In this document: in pieces, positions 1-12,378 of the stretch
Layout of the letters: each line of letters begins with the position of its first letter
How positions within the stretch are numbered: position 1 is the stretch's first letter
NCBI GenBank assembly: GCA_964016885.1
Contig: OZ024742.1
Span: 100,192,001 to 100,256,000 of the forward strand
Source of the DNA: Eledone cirrhosa
Taxonomy: Eukaryota
Direction: 5' to 3'
Length of the DNA: 64,000 nucleotides
Notes under the pieces: model-generated
Databases searched by the model: none
Told to the model about the DNA's origin: nothing
The model's input: only the letters and a program-made list of their open reading frames with translations
Made by a program: the position numbers and the translations under genes

Positions 1-559
1 AATTCTTCTACAAAATTTTCTTTACGTTCAGGAAATACTCACTTTCCTCCACTCCAAAGCAAGACAGGATCCAGTAGATGTCAAGTTCCGTTGGGATATC
101 CAAACTACTGATCTTTACTGTTCTCCTTAAATACGAGGAAAAGAGTAAGTATTTATTGTTGCGACATTGCCGTTTTAGATTATACCTCCACATCCCCGAA
201 CTCCTTTTCTCTGGTCACGTATTCTACGTGGAGACATGTTTTATTGTGGTGAAGGCAATCTATCTAGGAGAACGAAAACTCAAAATTCAAACCATGTGAA
301 ATAAAAATATCAGCTTGGTGTCTGATGCGACATAAATAATCTCATATACTTTATAGACTAGTATGCAATTCTAGTTAGAAATAGCGCCTCAATAAAATAT
401 ACTTGTAGGAAAGAAAACCCTCACAAACCACTCTTAACGAATAATGAAATAGTGAATGAGGCTGGAACTAATTATGGTGAAAGTCTGTCATCTGGCATGT
501 TTGGAACCCTCCTTTATCGTGGAAGTGATCTGACCACAGAAAATCTTTCAAGCAACAAA

Positions 560-1760
560 TCTCACACAAACTTTGCGCGCAGCTAGACACAAGTGTGTGA
601 AGGAAGAATACATTGAATGTGATGAAAGAGCAAATCTGGGAAAAGTCGTGGAATAGAACGACGTCCTTTGGACATATGGATGGAAAAAGGCATGATCTCG
701 ATGTCAGAAAGTAAACCGATAAATCAAGAGTTGCTTAATTGAGGCAGAAATATCTTGAACGCTTAAGGGAACCTACAGACGAACAAGTGAGGATAAGGTA
801 GAAACTGAAGCCTTTTCTACGATTAAAAGCAAAGAGGAAAATAGGCAAGAGGAACAGAAAAATTATGTTATGTTTATTGGGGATATGGAGGAGGATGATC
901 TAAGTTTAAACGATAAGGTTACTAAGAATGATGCTGCAAGATTAAGTTACAAAAAAAGATACATATTGTCATAACATATATCCAGACATAATGCAAACAA
1001 GGAATGTTTTCCGAATAATTGTACTTCTTTTCGAGAAGAAATTGCAACGGACAAGAATTAAAGAGAGGAAAGCAAAAAACCATGGTGGAAATGACGCATT
1101 GAAAATGACATAATGCGGTCAAAGCAAGATTTGAGTAAAATTGAACTATGATTTAAAGGAAATTGGAAAAATGGGAAAAGAATCACCGAGAAGTACTAGA
1201 TAAGAAATATAAACTACGGAAGAATAGATTTTTTACAGTAATGGAACAGTTAAACAGGATTCTATCAAGAAGCCAGAAGATATGTGAAATGAAATAGGCC
1301 GGATATGTAGCAGTGGCATTGACATAGAATTATGTATTTCGAAATACTCTGTAAGAGTAAAACAGCAGTTCTAAGCTCAGGCTGCCAATTCGGTGAAGTA
1401 TAACATCAACAAAAATTCTGACATCCAGAAATGCAGATTCTGTGAAAAGAATATTGAAAATGTAATCAACTTGGTAAGTGTATGTGAGAGTCTTGTGCAA
1501 AAGTAATACAAGCGCCGTTATGATAAAGTCTGATGTACCTTCATTGGTGTTTGTGTGGTGATTGGGGCATTATAGTCAATCTCATTAAAACTTAAAACTT
1601 CTGAAAGTGGTTGGGTATACCATGCAAAATTCGTGCCATGCAAGGTGCTCTGCACATTTTAAAGAAGGTATTATCTCTTTGATATCCTTATTTTGACTTG
1701 ACAGATGACTAAATATTCCAGTGTATTAATAATCAACACAATTATAATAATAACAATAAT
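560..1760 (+). mobile_element. Highly degraded, internally deleted R4/Dong-type RLE LINE
   Basis: Manual translation gives KPWWK*RIENDIMRSKQDLSKIEL (~1077-1150), then the CCHC/RHD-like segment KCRFCEKNIENVINLVSVCESLVQK*YKRRYDKV (~1428-1530) and C-terminal ALHILKKVLSL*, followed by a TAA-rich tail. The RT core is missing; the 5' boundary is approximate. Confidence 0.6.
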
Positions 1761-1767
1761 ATATTAT

Positions 1768-2190
1768 AGTCAAAGACAACAAGGAAAAATGCCTTCTAAT
1801 AGATGTATCACTCTACACAGGCGACAATATATCTTCCATGGAAATGGAGAAACTCTCCAAATATAAAGATCTAGAGATAGAAACTACTTGAATGTGGAAA
1901 ATGAAAACTGAAACGATACTTCTAATATGTGGTCTGGGAATGATAAAAAAAAAAAACACAGACAAATACATAACAAAAACGACAGGACTTACAAATATAT
2001 ACAGCATACAAAAAACATCACTACCAAGCACTGCACACATATTACGAAAAGTACTATCAATACAATAGAAACAACACCAGCAAAAACTATTCTGCTCATA
2101 CCCAAGGCGCAAGCAGTAATGATGCGCAATAAAAATAATGACATAATACTAACAACAATAACAACAATAACAACAACAACAATAATAATA
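1768..2190 (+). mobile_element. 3' fragment of an R4/Dong-type LINE (RLE C-terminus plus AAC/AAT tail)
   Basis: Reads CLLIDVS...EKLSKYKDLEIETT*MWKMKTET...TAHILRKVLSIQ*, then a short UTR and (AAC/AAT)n at ~2140-2190. Confidence 0.7.
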
Positions 2191-3101
2191 AATTGGTTGA
2201 TTTATTGTTGATTTCATAGTTTGGTAAGGAGACTTCTATTTCTGTTTAAGAGGGTAGTTATAAGATTGAATAGCATTCATTAAACATATTTTGTACCTCA
2301 TTATCAATGCCTGAATATTTCCCAAACCATTAAACCATTTTCAGAATTCCAAAAAATAAAAACAAATAAAAACAGATTAATCCGCAAAGCCCAACGCCTC
2401 CCCCTTCCCTTGCCTGTAAAAAGGAGAAAAAAAAGAGAGTTTAAATGAGGAAAGAAACCTGAGAAGAAGAAAACATGGTGGGTCTGAGGTGCGTAATATG
2501 GTGTTGTAAAGAATGTAACATATGCACATATAAAAGTTATCATGAAATTATGCGTAGATGTTAGGTTGTTAATCCCCGTGCGAATTTGAAACCCCTGGTA
2601 TTAGACAGAATTCATATTTAACAAATGTGTGCACGCACAAACCGGTTAAGACGTCGTTGGGTAAGGTTAGTGAAGAGATTCATTGCAAAATTGCGAAATA
2701 AACGTATGTGCATATGAATATGCACACATAAAATTGGTCATAAAAATTTGCATAGTGATTAGTCTGAAAATCCGGCTGCATATTTAGGAGGCTGGGGCTG
2801 CTTGTATGCATACTAAATATTCAGCTTGCTTCATATGTCTGCAAGACGGCGATGATCGCATTTACACAAAAGTCACATACATTTGCAAGTAATGTCCGAG
2901 CGGTGACATTATACCCAACTTTCTGGTTTCTCTGCATACACTGAGAAAATAGTAAATATATGCATACACATTTACTTACGAATGCTTCTGACATTCTTGC
3001 CTGTTATTGCATTGTTTTGTGTGTATATCTAAACAATCAGTTACAAATGTATGAATGTGCGTTCATTTGCGTCTGAGTGCGGCGTATATGAGTGTTCTTG
3101 A

Positions 3102-3328
3102 ATATATATATATATATGTGTGTGTGTGTGCGTGTATGTGTGTAAAAATATATATATATAGACATATATATATATATATACACACACATATGTATGTATA
3201 AATATATATATATTTACATACAAACATAAATGTATATATATATATATATATATATACATATACAAATATATATAGAGAGATGTATACACACACAAACCCA
3301 ACCACACACACACACACACACACATACA
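3102..3328. repeat. Compound (TA)n/(TG)n/(CA)n microsatellite, representative of dozens in the window
   Basis: Directly visible. Similar tracts occur at ~4180-4320, 12303-12410, 13370-13850, 14640-15247, 36930-37850, 39880-40143, 53160-53283 and 59265-59457. Confidence 0.95.
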
Positions 3329-3756
3329 TTTACTAATCTTGATATCCCATAAGAGATTCACAAGTCTGTATATACAATTAAATGGCGAGTGTCTTAGAAT
3401 ATATTACTCTACTCTAATAAGCTAACTCGACATAAGTACAATAGCACTCAGAAAGGCATGATCATCACAGCCTCTCCTTCCCCATCTATACATATTTATA
3501 TCAATATATTCGATCAAGGCTTCATGCATACGTCAAGCCAGGTCACAAAAATCAACCAGGGATACATTTGATCTGGCATTAGAAGTGTGTAATAAGTCAA
3601 CCATCTGTTACGACGACGAGTGTTCCAGTGCTTCGAACTATTAGATAATCTGCTTGTAATAAAATCAATGTGTATTCCACAGACACGTGTATCCATTACA
3701 AAATTCACAGGTATATTCAGCAAGAATCAGCGTCTGACAAGGAGGATGGCCTTTGA

Positions 3757-4035
3757 ATTACAGATACAACTCATTTTTTTTCCAGAAGAGTGGACTAGAG
3801 CAATATGAAATAAATTGTCTTATTCAAGGATACAATGCGCTGTCTGGCCCTGGAATCGAACTCAAGAATAAATGATTGTGAGTCAAATACCTTAAGATTA
3901 CAAGGCCAGCTCTTTCAATTACAGATACAATTTTTTTTTCATTTGAGCAAACTGGAGGGACGTGAAATATACTCTCTTGTTAAGGACACTATAAGATAGC
4001 GAGCTTAACACCTTAACCACTAATCCACGCGCTTA
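3757..4035 (-). mobile_element. Two degraded copies of tRNA-derived SINE family 2
   Basis: Similar to 11768-12058 (ctcattttt...gagcaa..tgaaat...caagga.ac...ggaatcgaac). Confidence 0.55.
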
Positions 4036-4182
4036 CACATGACGTAAATGCTTATCTCCCCTTTGATTTACAGATGGCGATCAGCCTCGGTTGGTATCAG
4101 GAGCTCTTTTCTGCCCGTTATACATTATCCAACACGGTCTATCATCTACTGCTCTATGGCATATTTCTTTTAACATGTATAC

Positions 4183-4257
<75 letters not shown>

Positions 4258-4325
4258 CATGTACATACACACACATATATATATACAAACACACACACGG
4301 GCGCGCGCGCACATATATTTATATA

Positions 4326-4465
4326 TGGTGAATTGGCAGTGTCGTTAAGACATCGGATAGAATACCTTACGGTATTCGTCCCACCTCATTGTGCGCTCTG
4401 AGTTCAAATCCCGCCGTGGTCAACTTTGCCTTTCATCCTTTTGAGGTGGATAAAAAAAGTACCTA
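4326..4465 (+). mobile_element. Degraded SINE family 1 copy
   Basis: A-box-like tggcagtgtcgtt, B-box gagttcaaatccc, body caactttgcctttcatcc...gataaaa..gtacc. Confidence 0.75.
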
Positions 4466-5230
4466 TCCAGAACTAGGGTCGATTCTTCCTCTATAGAAAA
4501 AGTGGGCTGTGTTCAGACCTAGAGAGGATTGGGCTCTGCCAGGTTTTAATGTGCCTAGACACGCCGTTTGACGGTGCCTCTACGACTCCACCAGGTGTTA
4601 TGGCATTTATCCATTTTTATATATATATAGCTTAAAATGGATTGAGAATAAGAAGAAACCAAGAACGGGGGGAGGGGTCGAGTTTTCCTCATCAGTTGTC
4701 TACTGGGGGTCTCAGATATTTCCACTCTTTAAAGACAAGTTATCTACCGCCCAGAGCGTTCAATAACTGGATAAGTTATTGAGAAAACGGAGGAGGGAGG
4801 GAAGGAAAATAGAAGGGAAAGGGGAAGAAAAGAGAAAACAGTGAAAAAAAAACAGCGAAAGAAACAACAAACCGAGCAATGTGCGAGGAACTTAAGGTAA
4901 GAAAATCCAAGACCACAGCGATAAAAGAACTTAAGTTCGAGAGCATGTGGGCGAGCGAAAAGACACACATTTGACCCCAGCGAGTTGTAAGTGAGAAAAG
5001 GACTGGTAGAGGGTCAGGCGAGGGAAACAACGAGGTTGAAAGCAGAGAGATGATGAGTAAAGTGAGAAGGTATGAAGCTGACTCCGACGTTTAGAGGTTT
5101 CGGCTTGGATGTAGCAAACCTTTCCGTGGGTACGTACATGCCAAAACAGATAAGCGTCGTCGACGAGTATATATATACGTTCTTTTACATATATATATAT
5201 ATATATATAAATAGATATATATATATATAT

Positions 5231-5494
5231 ACAGGGAATGTAACGCAGAATTACTTTAGGTTCACCCAGGTGACCACTCGATGTTTAGGTTCACATCTGT
5301 ATTGAGGTGTAGAACTAGACAGAGTGTAGTATAATAAAACAAGGACGAATGGTTACTCCTTCATAATGTTTATTGGTTGGTGACGCTCGTTTCGATATTG
5401 ATCAGCTCAAGGTTCGATCTGAATCGATCTAGCCCGACTCTGTAATCAATGGCTCGTCGGACCTCATTGATTTAAGTCAGCCATTTTTGGAAAT
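5231..5494 (-). mobile_element. Penelope-like 3' fragment with hammerhead motif, embedded in (TA)n
   Basis: (TA)n on both sides; hammerhead motif at 5379-5463 followed on the minus strand by AATAAA. Confidence 0.6.
5379..5463 (-). ncRNA. Type I hammerhead ribozyme motif (C4 variant, long stem II)
   Basis: Minus strand: GGT-CCGACGA-G..ATTGAT..CAG[long insert]CTGATCAAT..C-GAAAC-GAGC-GTC-ACC. Stem I GGU/ACC, GUC cleavage triplet. Confidence 0.6.
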
Positions 5495-5513
5495 ATATAT
5501 ATATATATATATA

Positions 5514-5703
5514 TAATTGTTTCTACTTTAGGCACAAGGCCAGCAATCATCCCAGTGTATTACTGGTACTTTATTTTATCCACCCCGTAAGGATGAAAGG
5601 CAAAGTCAACCTCGGCGGGATTTGAACTCAGATCGTAAAGGGACGTAACTATGCTGGAAAGCATGGCGTCCGACCCTCTACCGATACTGCCAATCCACCG
5701 CCC

Positions 5704-5741
<38 letters not shown>

Positions 5742-6138
5742 TATATACATTAAGAAAAATTTCGCTCTACGTGGCTGTAGTAATCTTAGTAATCTACGTG
5801 GCTAAATGTAATCTTAGTTTTTCGAATATTAATAATTGATTCTACTTTTGGAACAAGGCCAGCAAATACCCAGTACATTACTGGTACTTTATTTTATCGA
5901 CCCCGTAAGGAGGAAAGGCAAAGTTAACCTCGGCGGGATTTGAACTCAGATCATACAGGGAGGTAACTCTATGCTTCAAAGCGTGACCTCTACCGATACT
6001 GCCATTCCACCGAATATTAATAATTGTTTCTACTTTTGGCACAAGGCCAGCAATTATCCAGTGCATTACTGGTAATTAATTTTATCGACCCCGTAAGGAT
6101 GAAAGGCAAAGTTAACCTCGACGGGATTTGAACTCAGA
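5514..6138 (-). mobile_element. Three copies of tRNA-derived SINE family 1 (5514-5703, 5833-6012, partial 6020-6138)
   Basis: Near-identical aattgtttctact..ggcacaaggccagc...ggatgaaaggcaaagt.aacctcggcgggatttgaactcaga, whose reverse complement carries A/B boxes. cgaatattaataattg is duplicated at 5823-5838 and 6011-6026. Confidence 0.9.
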
Positions 6139-6283
6139 TATTAATAATAACATTCGATTCGTTTGCAATTATACAAACAAGCCTCTATTTTATAGCCATG
6201 TCAGTAGAATTAACCCTTCATTCTTGCTCTTCAAGAATGAAGGGGTCATATATATATATATATATATATGATTTTACATTCAT

Positions 6284-7146
6284 TGATTTTACATTCATTT
6301 AAATTATTGACGTATTGTTTTATTGATATTTTTTATCTGTTTGGCCCGAATCTTCCTTTATCGATTTTAAATCGTATGGTTGATTGTAGACTTGTTCTAT
6401 ATGTGACGGTATTTTAACGATAGTTATAGCTCTGATTCATCTGAATTATTGAGCCCTCTGCCGCTCATATCGGATTTCGTTTTTCGTTAACTCGTGCGCC
6501 GATTTTTCGATACTCGATCTTTCTAATATATTTAGCTCTGGACTTAGCTATCCACCAGTTAATTTTATTGCTCATATTTTGTCGATTCTATTGAGTGATG
6601 AATAGCTTTTGTTTTATTTTAACATGTCTATTGAGCACTCTAATTCGATATGTGTATTTCCACATTCACTCGAATTATTTTCGCGGATATAGGGGTCATC
6701 TCCCTTGTCTAATGCCATGTGCGTTTTTCACCGCTAGTTGACTCCTTTGCCGCCAGGATAAAACTCGTTGACGACGTAAACTCCATTCCACTTATTCTAG
6801 TAGGCTTTTATATTTATATGTGAGCTGATAGAGTACTGTCTAAGGATTTACAGAAACCCATGAAGCTAGATTTAACACCTTTCTAGTGGGTCCGGGTATG
6901 ATTTTACATTCATTTAAATTATTGACGTATTGTTTTATTGATATTTTTTATCTGTTTGGCCCGAATCTTCCTTTATCGATTTTAAATCGTATGGTTGATT
7001 GTAGACTTGTTCTATATGTGACGGTATTTTAACGATAGTTATAGCTCTGATTCATCTGAATTATTGAGCCCTCTGCCGCTCATATCGGATTTCGTTTTTC
7101 GTTAACTCGTGCGCCGATTTTTCGATACTCGATCTTTCTAATATAT
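6284..7146 (+). mobile_element. Non-coding 615-bp unit plus 248-bp direct terminal repeat (pseudo-LTR / retrozyme-like Penelope derivative)
   Basis: 6284-6531 appears identical to 6899-7146, flanked by (TA)n. A degenerate hammerhead-like motif (6825-6892) lies just upstream of the second repeat; no ORF. Confidence 0.6.
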
Positions 7147-8019
7147 ATATATATATATATTTATTTATTTATTTATTTATTTATTTATATTTCCAAAAAT
7201 GGCTGACTTAAATCACTCCTGCTTTTTCTCCAAACAGTTTATACACACAACAGATTGCAATAGCAGGCAGAGAGAGAATAACAGTGAGAGGGTGGTAGAG
7301 AGGCACAGAGAGAGGGAGGGTGAAATAGAGAAAGTATGAGAGAGAGAGGGTTCCAGAGAGAGGGACATAGAGAAGTTGTAGGTGTTCAATTTACCTGTTC
7401 TATGTCCTTATCATATCTCCATCATCCTATCTATATATGTTTATATAACTAGAGTTTTGAGAGAGGAAAAGGAAGCCATTCTGAGTTCAAATCCCGCTGA
7501 GGTTAACTTTGCCTTTCATCCTTACGGGGTCGATAAAATAAAGTACCAGTAATACAATTATTGTGATAGAGAGAGGCAGAAAGAGGTACTAGTTCTATGC
7601 ACTTTTCATATCTCCATCAAACAATCTGTAACTACAATATGCATAGATTAGCCTTGCTTAAGGAGAGAGAGAGAGGGGGAGAGGGGGGAGAGAGAGAGAA
7701 GGGGGAGAGAGAGGGGGAGAGAGGGGAGAGAGAGGGGGAGAGAGAGAGAGAGAGAGAGGTAGACAGAGAGACAGAAACAGATACAGGGACACAGAGACAG
7801 TACCGACTTCTATGTTCCTATCACATTTCCATCAACCTATCTATATCCACAGTAAACTCTAAAGATTAGCCTAGCTTTGACGGTAGCATGCGCAGATGGT
7901 GGTTTCCATTTATTTAGTAAGCAGACGACACAGTCAGTCCGGCCAAACTGACCTCACTGTCTTACTGAGACACTATTGGTGTTGATGGAAGATTGTGGTG
8001 GTATGGAAGATAGGAGTTT

Positions 8020-9260
8020 TCTTGTTGTTGTTGTGGCGGTGTCTGTGGTGATGATGGTGGTGGTGGTGGTGGTGGTGATGGTGGTGGTGATGGTGATGGT
8101 GGTAGTAGTGGTGATGGTGATGGTGATGGTGGTAGTAGTGGTGATGGTGATGGTGGTGATGATGGTGGTGGTGGTGGTGATGGTGGTGGTGATGGTGGTG
8201 GTGATGGTGATGGTGACGGTGGTAGTAGTGGTGATGGTGATGGTGGTGGTGATGGTGATGGTGACGGTGGTAGTAGTGGTGATGGTGGTGGTGGTGGCGG
8301 CGGTGGTAGTGGTGATGGTGATGGTGGTGGTGATGGTGACGGTGGTAGTAGTGGTGATGGTGGCGGTGGTGGTGGTGGTGGTGGTGATGATGGTGGTAGT
8401 GGTGCTGATGGTGGCGGTGGTAGTAGTGGTGATGGTGGTGGTGGTGGTGGTGATAGTGGTGATGGTGGTGATGATGGTGGTGGTGGTGATGATGGTGGTA
8501 GTGGTTCTGATGGTGGTGGTGGTAGTAGTGGTGGTGGTGGTGGTGGTAGTGGTGATGGTGATAGTAGTGATGATGGTGGTGGTGGTGGTGGTAGTGTTGG
8601 TGGTGGTTGTGGTGGTGATGGTTGTGGTGCTGGTGGTGATGGTGGTGGTGATGGTGGTGGTGGTGGTGGTGGTGGTGGTGGTGGTGGTGGTTGTAATGGT
8701 AGTGATTCTGGTGGTGGTAGTGATGGTGGTGGTGGCGGTGGTGGTGGCGGTGATGGTAGTGATTCTGGTGGTGGTGGTGATGGTAGTGATTCTGGTGGTT
8801 GTGGTGGTGGTGGTGGTGGTGATGGTAGTGATTCTGGTGATGCTAGTGATTCTGGTGGTGGTGGTGGTGGTGGTGGTGATGCTAGTAATTCTGGTGGTGG
8901 TGGTGGTGGTGATGGTAGTGATTCTTGATGGTAGTGATTCTGGTGGTGGTGTTGATGCTAGTGATTCTGGTGGTGGTGGTGGTGGTGGTGGTGATGGTAG
9001 TGATTCTGGTGGTGGTGGTGGTGGTGGTGGTGATGGTGGTGGTGGTGATGGCAGTGATTCTGGTGGTGGTGGTGGTGGTGGTGGTGATGGTGGTGGTGGT
9101 GATGGCAGTGATTATGGTGGTGGTGGTGGTGGTGGTGGTGATGATGGTGGTGATGAGAGTGGTCCGTGTGGTGGTGGTGGTGATAGTGGTGATGGTGATG
9201 ATAAGAGTGGTCAGTGTGGTGGTGGTGGTGATGGTGGAGGTGGCATGAGGTTGTGGTGAG
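8020..9260. repeat. Complex (GGT/GAT/AGT)n trinucleotide array with higher-order unit gatggtagtgattct(ggt)n
   Basis: Directly visible; a second block lies at 9585-9910. Confidence 0.9.
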
Positions 9261-9744
9261 TTATGTGTTTATTCTAGCTGTTGGTGGAGCTTGACATGAA
9301 TTAGTTGGGACGGGAACAGTCCAGATTTACTGAATTACCATATCACTCAAGTGACCATCACCTCTCTACTTCCCCCTCCTCCTCCCCCTCACACCCACTG
9401 CTCAACCACCATAAATTCCATTTACCACTACCATGGTTACCAACATTTCAATTGTAGTTACTATCAGTAAGTTGTAGTTGTTTGGTATTGGTATTGGTGG
9501 GTGAGATGTTGATAGTGTCATCGGGTGTGGTTGCTCTGTTATGGTTGCTGATAATAACGTAGTAATTGTTGTTGCTGTTGTTTTTTAGTGGTGGTGGTGG
9601 TGGTGGTGGTGGTGGAGGCTAAGTGGTGGTGGTGATGGTGGCAGTGGGGGGGGGGCTAAGTGGTGGTGATGGTGGTGGTGGCAGTGGTGGAGGTGGTGGT
9701 GGTGGTGGTGGTGGTGGTGGTAGTGGTGGTGGTGGTGGTGGTGG

Positions 9745-9775
<31 letters not shown>

Positions 9776-10782
9776 GGTGGTGGTGGTGGTGGTGCTGGTG
9801 CTGGTGGTGCTGGTGGTGCTGGTGGTGCTGGTGGTGGTAGTGTTGGTGGTGGTGGTGGTGGTGGTGGTGGTGGTGGTGGCGGTGGTGTTGGTGGTTATTA
9901 ATGTGGTGGTAGTCACATTGATAGCATCAAGTTCAATGATGGCGAACAAATGCTTTTAGCGTGAAAAAAAAAACGTATGAGCGCACGTGACGGTCAACAA
10001 GGTGACTGAGGGACAGGGGGTTGCGTCTGGTCAAATCACCGAGGAGAGTGAGAGGAGGCATCCAATATGGCCATTTAAAAGCAAAGGAGGTGGTGTGGGA
10101 TTTTTAGCGTCCGGCCATTTCTATGTCCATTGACTAGTCTGGCGGTTATAGTGTCAAAAATCGTTCGTCCGCACCAGATGTTGATGTTGGTAAGAGGCTA
10201 GCGGGCAAAAGACCTTTGCTATTGAAAAATATATAGGAATAACAGTTATATATTCTTATATATATGCATATGCATGTGGCAGGGGTCTGAGGCTGTGCTT
10301 GTATATGTGCGTGTATCTATGTATGAGTATCTTTGCATGTGTATGCGTATGTATACGTGTGTGAGAATCTATACATGCCTGCGTGGAGGTTTGCGTAAGT
10401 ATTTGCAGATGAGTGAGTATATATGTAATGCGTGTGAATATTTCTGCATGGGCGTGTATGAGTGTATGACATAGTAAGGAGAAGGATTATATATTTACTA
10501 GTATGAGTTTATGATATATAGCAAGTGTGGCTGTTAGAAAATTACTGCGTGTGAATATATATTTATGTGAGATTACATGTGTATGTGTGAGTGCATATGG
10601 ATGCGTGAATGCATGTTCGTCTATCTCTAACTGGTAACCAACGAGATATGTAATTTGACTAATAAATGATTAATAGTCAAATTTATACTCACCATTGGGT
10701 AGGAACTATTCTGAATCTCCATAATTGTTTTTGGAACTATCGGTAGAGCATCAAACATCATGTTTTGCAGCAGAGAATTATG

Positions 10783-11120
10783 GCCCTTTACGTTCTGAGT
10801 TCAAATCCCGCCGAGGCTAGCTTTGGCTTTTATCCTTACGGGGTCGATAAAATAAAGTACGAATTTAATCGACTTTCCCCTCCCCCTTCAAATTTCTGGC
10901 CTTGTGCCTAAAGCGGAAATAATTATTGTTTTATATTCTTGAATCGTGATGTTACAGGCATCGAATTTGCAGTCGTTAGAACGTCGGATATAATGTATTC
11001 GATATTTGTTCCAGCCCTCTCCGTTGAGTTCGAAATCCACAAGGGTCAAATTAGGTTTTAATTCTTTCGAGTTCAATAAAAAAAAAAAACAGATTATACC
11101 ATTCTAGTACTGGGGTCGAC
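10783..11120 (+). mobile_element. Partial and degraded SINE family 1 copies
   Basis: ctgagttcaaatcccgccgagg...ggggtcgataaaataaagtac...ctggccttgtgcctaaag, then a second degenerate head. Confidence 0.75.
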
Positions 11121-11148
11121 TTTTCATTTTCTCTGTATCACTCTGCGT

Positions 11149-11197
<49 letters not shown>

Positions 11198-11582
11198 CGT
11201 GTGCGTGTGTGTGCGCGCGTGTGTGTGTGCGTGAAAAGTAAACAGAAAGCAAACGACAAAGCAAACGACACAGTATAATGAAGAAATATATCAGTTTAAC
11301 GCTTGAAATGATAGGGACGATATGTTCAGGTTTCAGACACTAGTCCTTCATCAGAAGATGGAATGAGAAATAAAAGATAAAATAGAAAGATAAAGAGTAA
11401 GAAGAGGAAGTAATGGGAGAAAAATGTCCAGAAATATCACACGTGTGTATTCAATCAGCCATTCTGTAGGAAATCCACTGCGTTTAGACCTGAAGAGAGG
11501 ATGGATTACTTCAGGTTCTACAAATGTGCCCAAAATATGGTGTGTGTCCCTGCAATGCTTTTTCCACACCATCAGGAGTAAC

Positions 11583-11621
<39 letters not shown>

Positions 11622-11684
11622 CATGAATTTACCAAGAAACGTTATTTTGATCGTAGATTGGTTTGTTATTTCTGTTTACTTTTG

Positions 11685-11718
<34 letters not shown>

Positions 11719-11767
11719 GCGCGGTGATGGTATTAGTGCTCAGAAATAGCGATGTATACATGAATGT

Positions 11768-12058
11768 CTAAAAAAAAAGTCTAAAGTCTGTCTTAAGCCA
11801 GAAGGCTCATTTGGCCGGTGCTTATCCGGGTTTCGTGGCGTGAAGCGACTGAGAGTACAAGACTCCCCCTGGACAGGACGCCAGTCCATCGCAGAGGTAA
11901 ACCTCCAGCTATTGCTGGTACTCATTTTCAGCTGAGTATACTGGAGCAACGTGAAATGAAGTGTTTTGCTCAAGAACACAACACGCAGCATAGGAATCGA
12001 ACCCACGACATTACGATCGTAGGTCCAACACCCTTACCACTGGGCCACGTGCCTCCAC
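11768..12058 (-). mobile_element. Full-length tRNA-derived SINE family 2 with 13-bp TSD
   Basis: Minus-strand head gtggaggcacgtggcccagtggtaagg...ggttcgattcc (A and B boxes), CORE-like gtgttcttgagcaaaacactt, T-rich tail. TSD tatacatgaatgt at 11755-11767 and 12059-12071. Confidence 0.9.
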
Positions 12059-12063
12059 TATAC

Positions 12064-12299
12064 ATGAATGTATGTATACTCTATTTGGCAATATACTGTA
12101 TGTTTGATTAAAAACATTTTGAAGACCTTTCGCTATTAGTTTTAAAGTAGTGACTACTTATTCTCGGCAAAAAACAACATCTCTGTTTTTGCCGAGAATA
12201 AGTAAGTGACTTAGTCACTACTTTAAAACTCATAGCAAAAGGTCTTCTAAATGTTTTTCATTAAACATACAGTATATTGCCAAATATACTATACATACA

Positions 12300-12304
<5 letters not shown>
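12064..12304. repeat. ~240-bp imperfect fold-back (inverted repeat) adjoining (TA)n
   Basis: Arms ~12064-12176 and ~12184-12304 are reverse complements with scattered mismatches and one insertion. Confidence 0.85.

Positions 12305-12378
<74 letters not shown>

Noticed and set aside
4545-5130. Three weak minus-strand hammerhead-like motifs (~4550-4597, 4677-4698, 5076-5130)
   Set aside because: Each lacks either the GAAA, a valid core or stem I; suggestive of relics but unsupported.
7976-9959. 427-aa poly-Val/Gly ORF and neighbouring poly-Gly/Thr ORFs
   Set aside because: Open in several frames only because (GGT)n lacks stops; no domain or splice evidence.
11985-12058. Possible tRNA gene
   Set aside because: The tRNA-like head is fused to a SINE body with a TSD; no complete acceptor stem.
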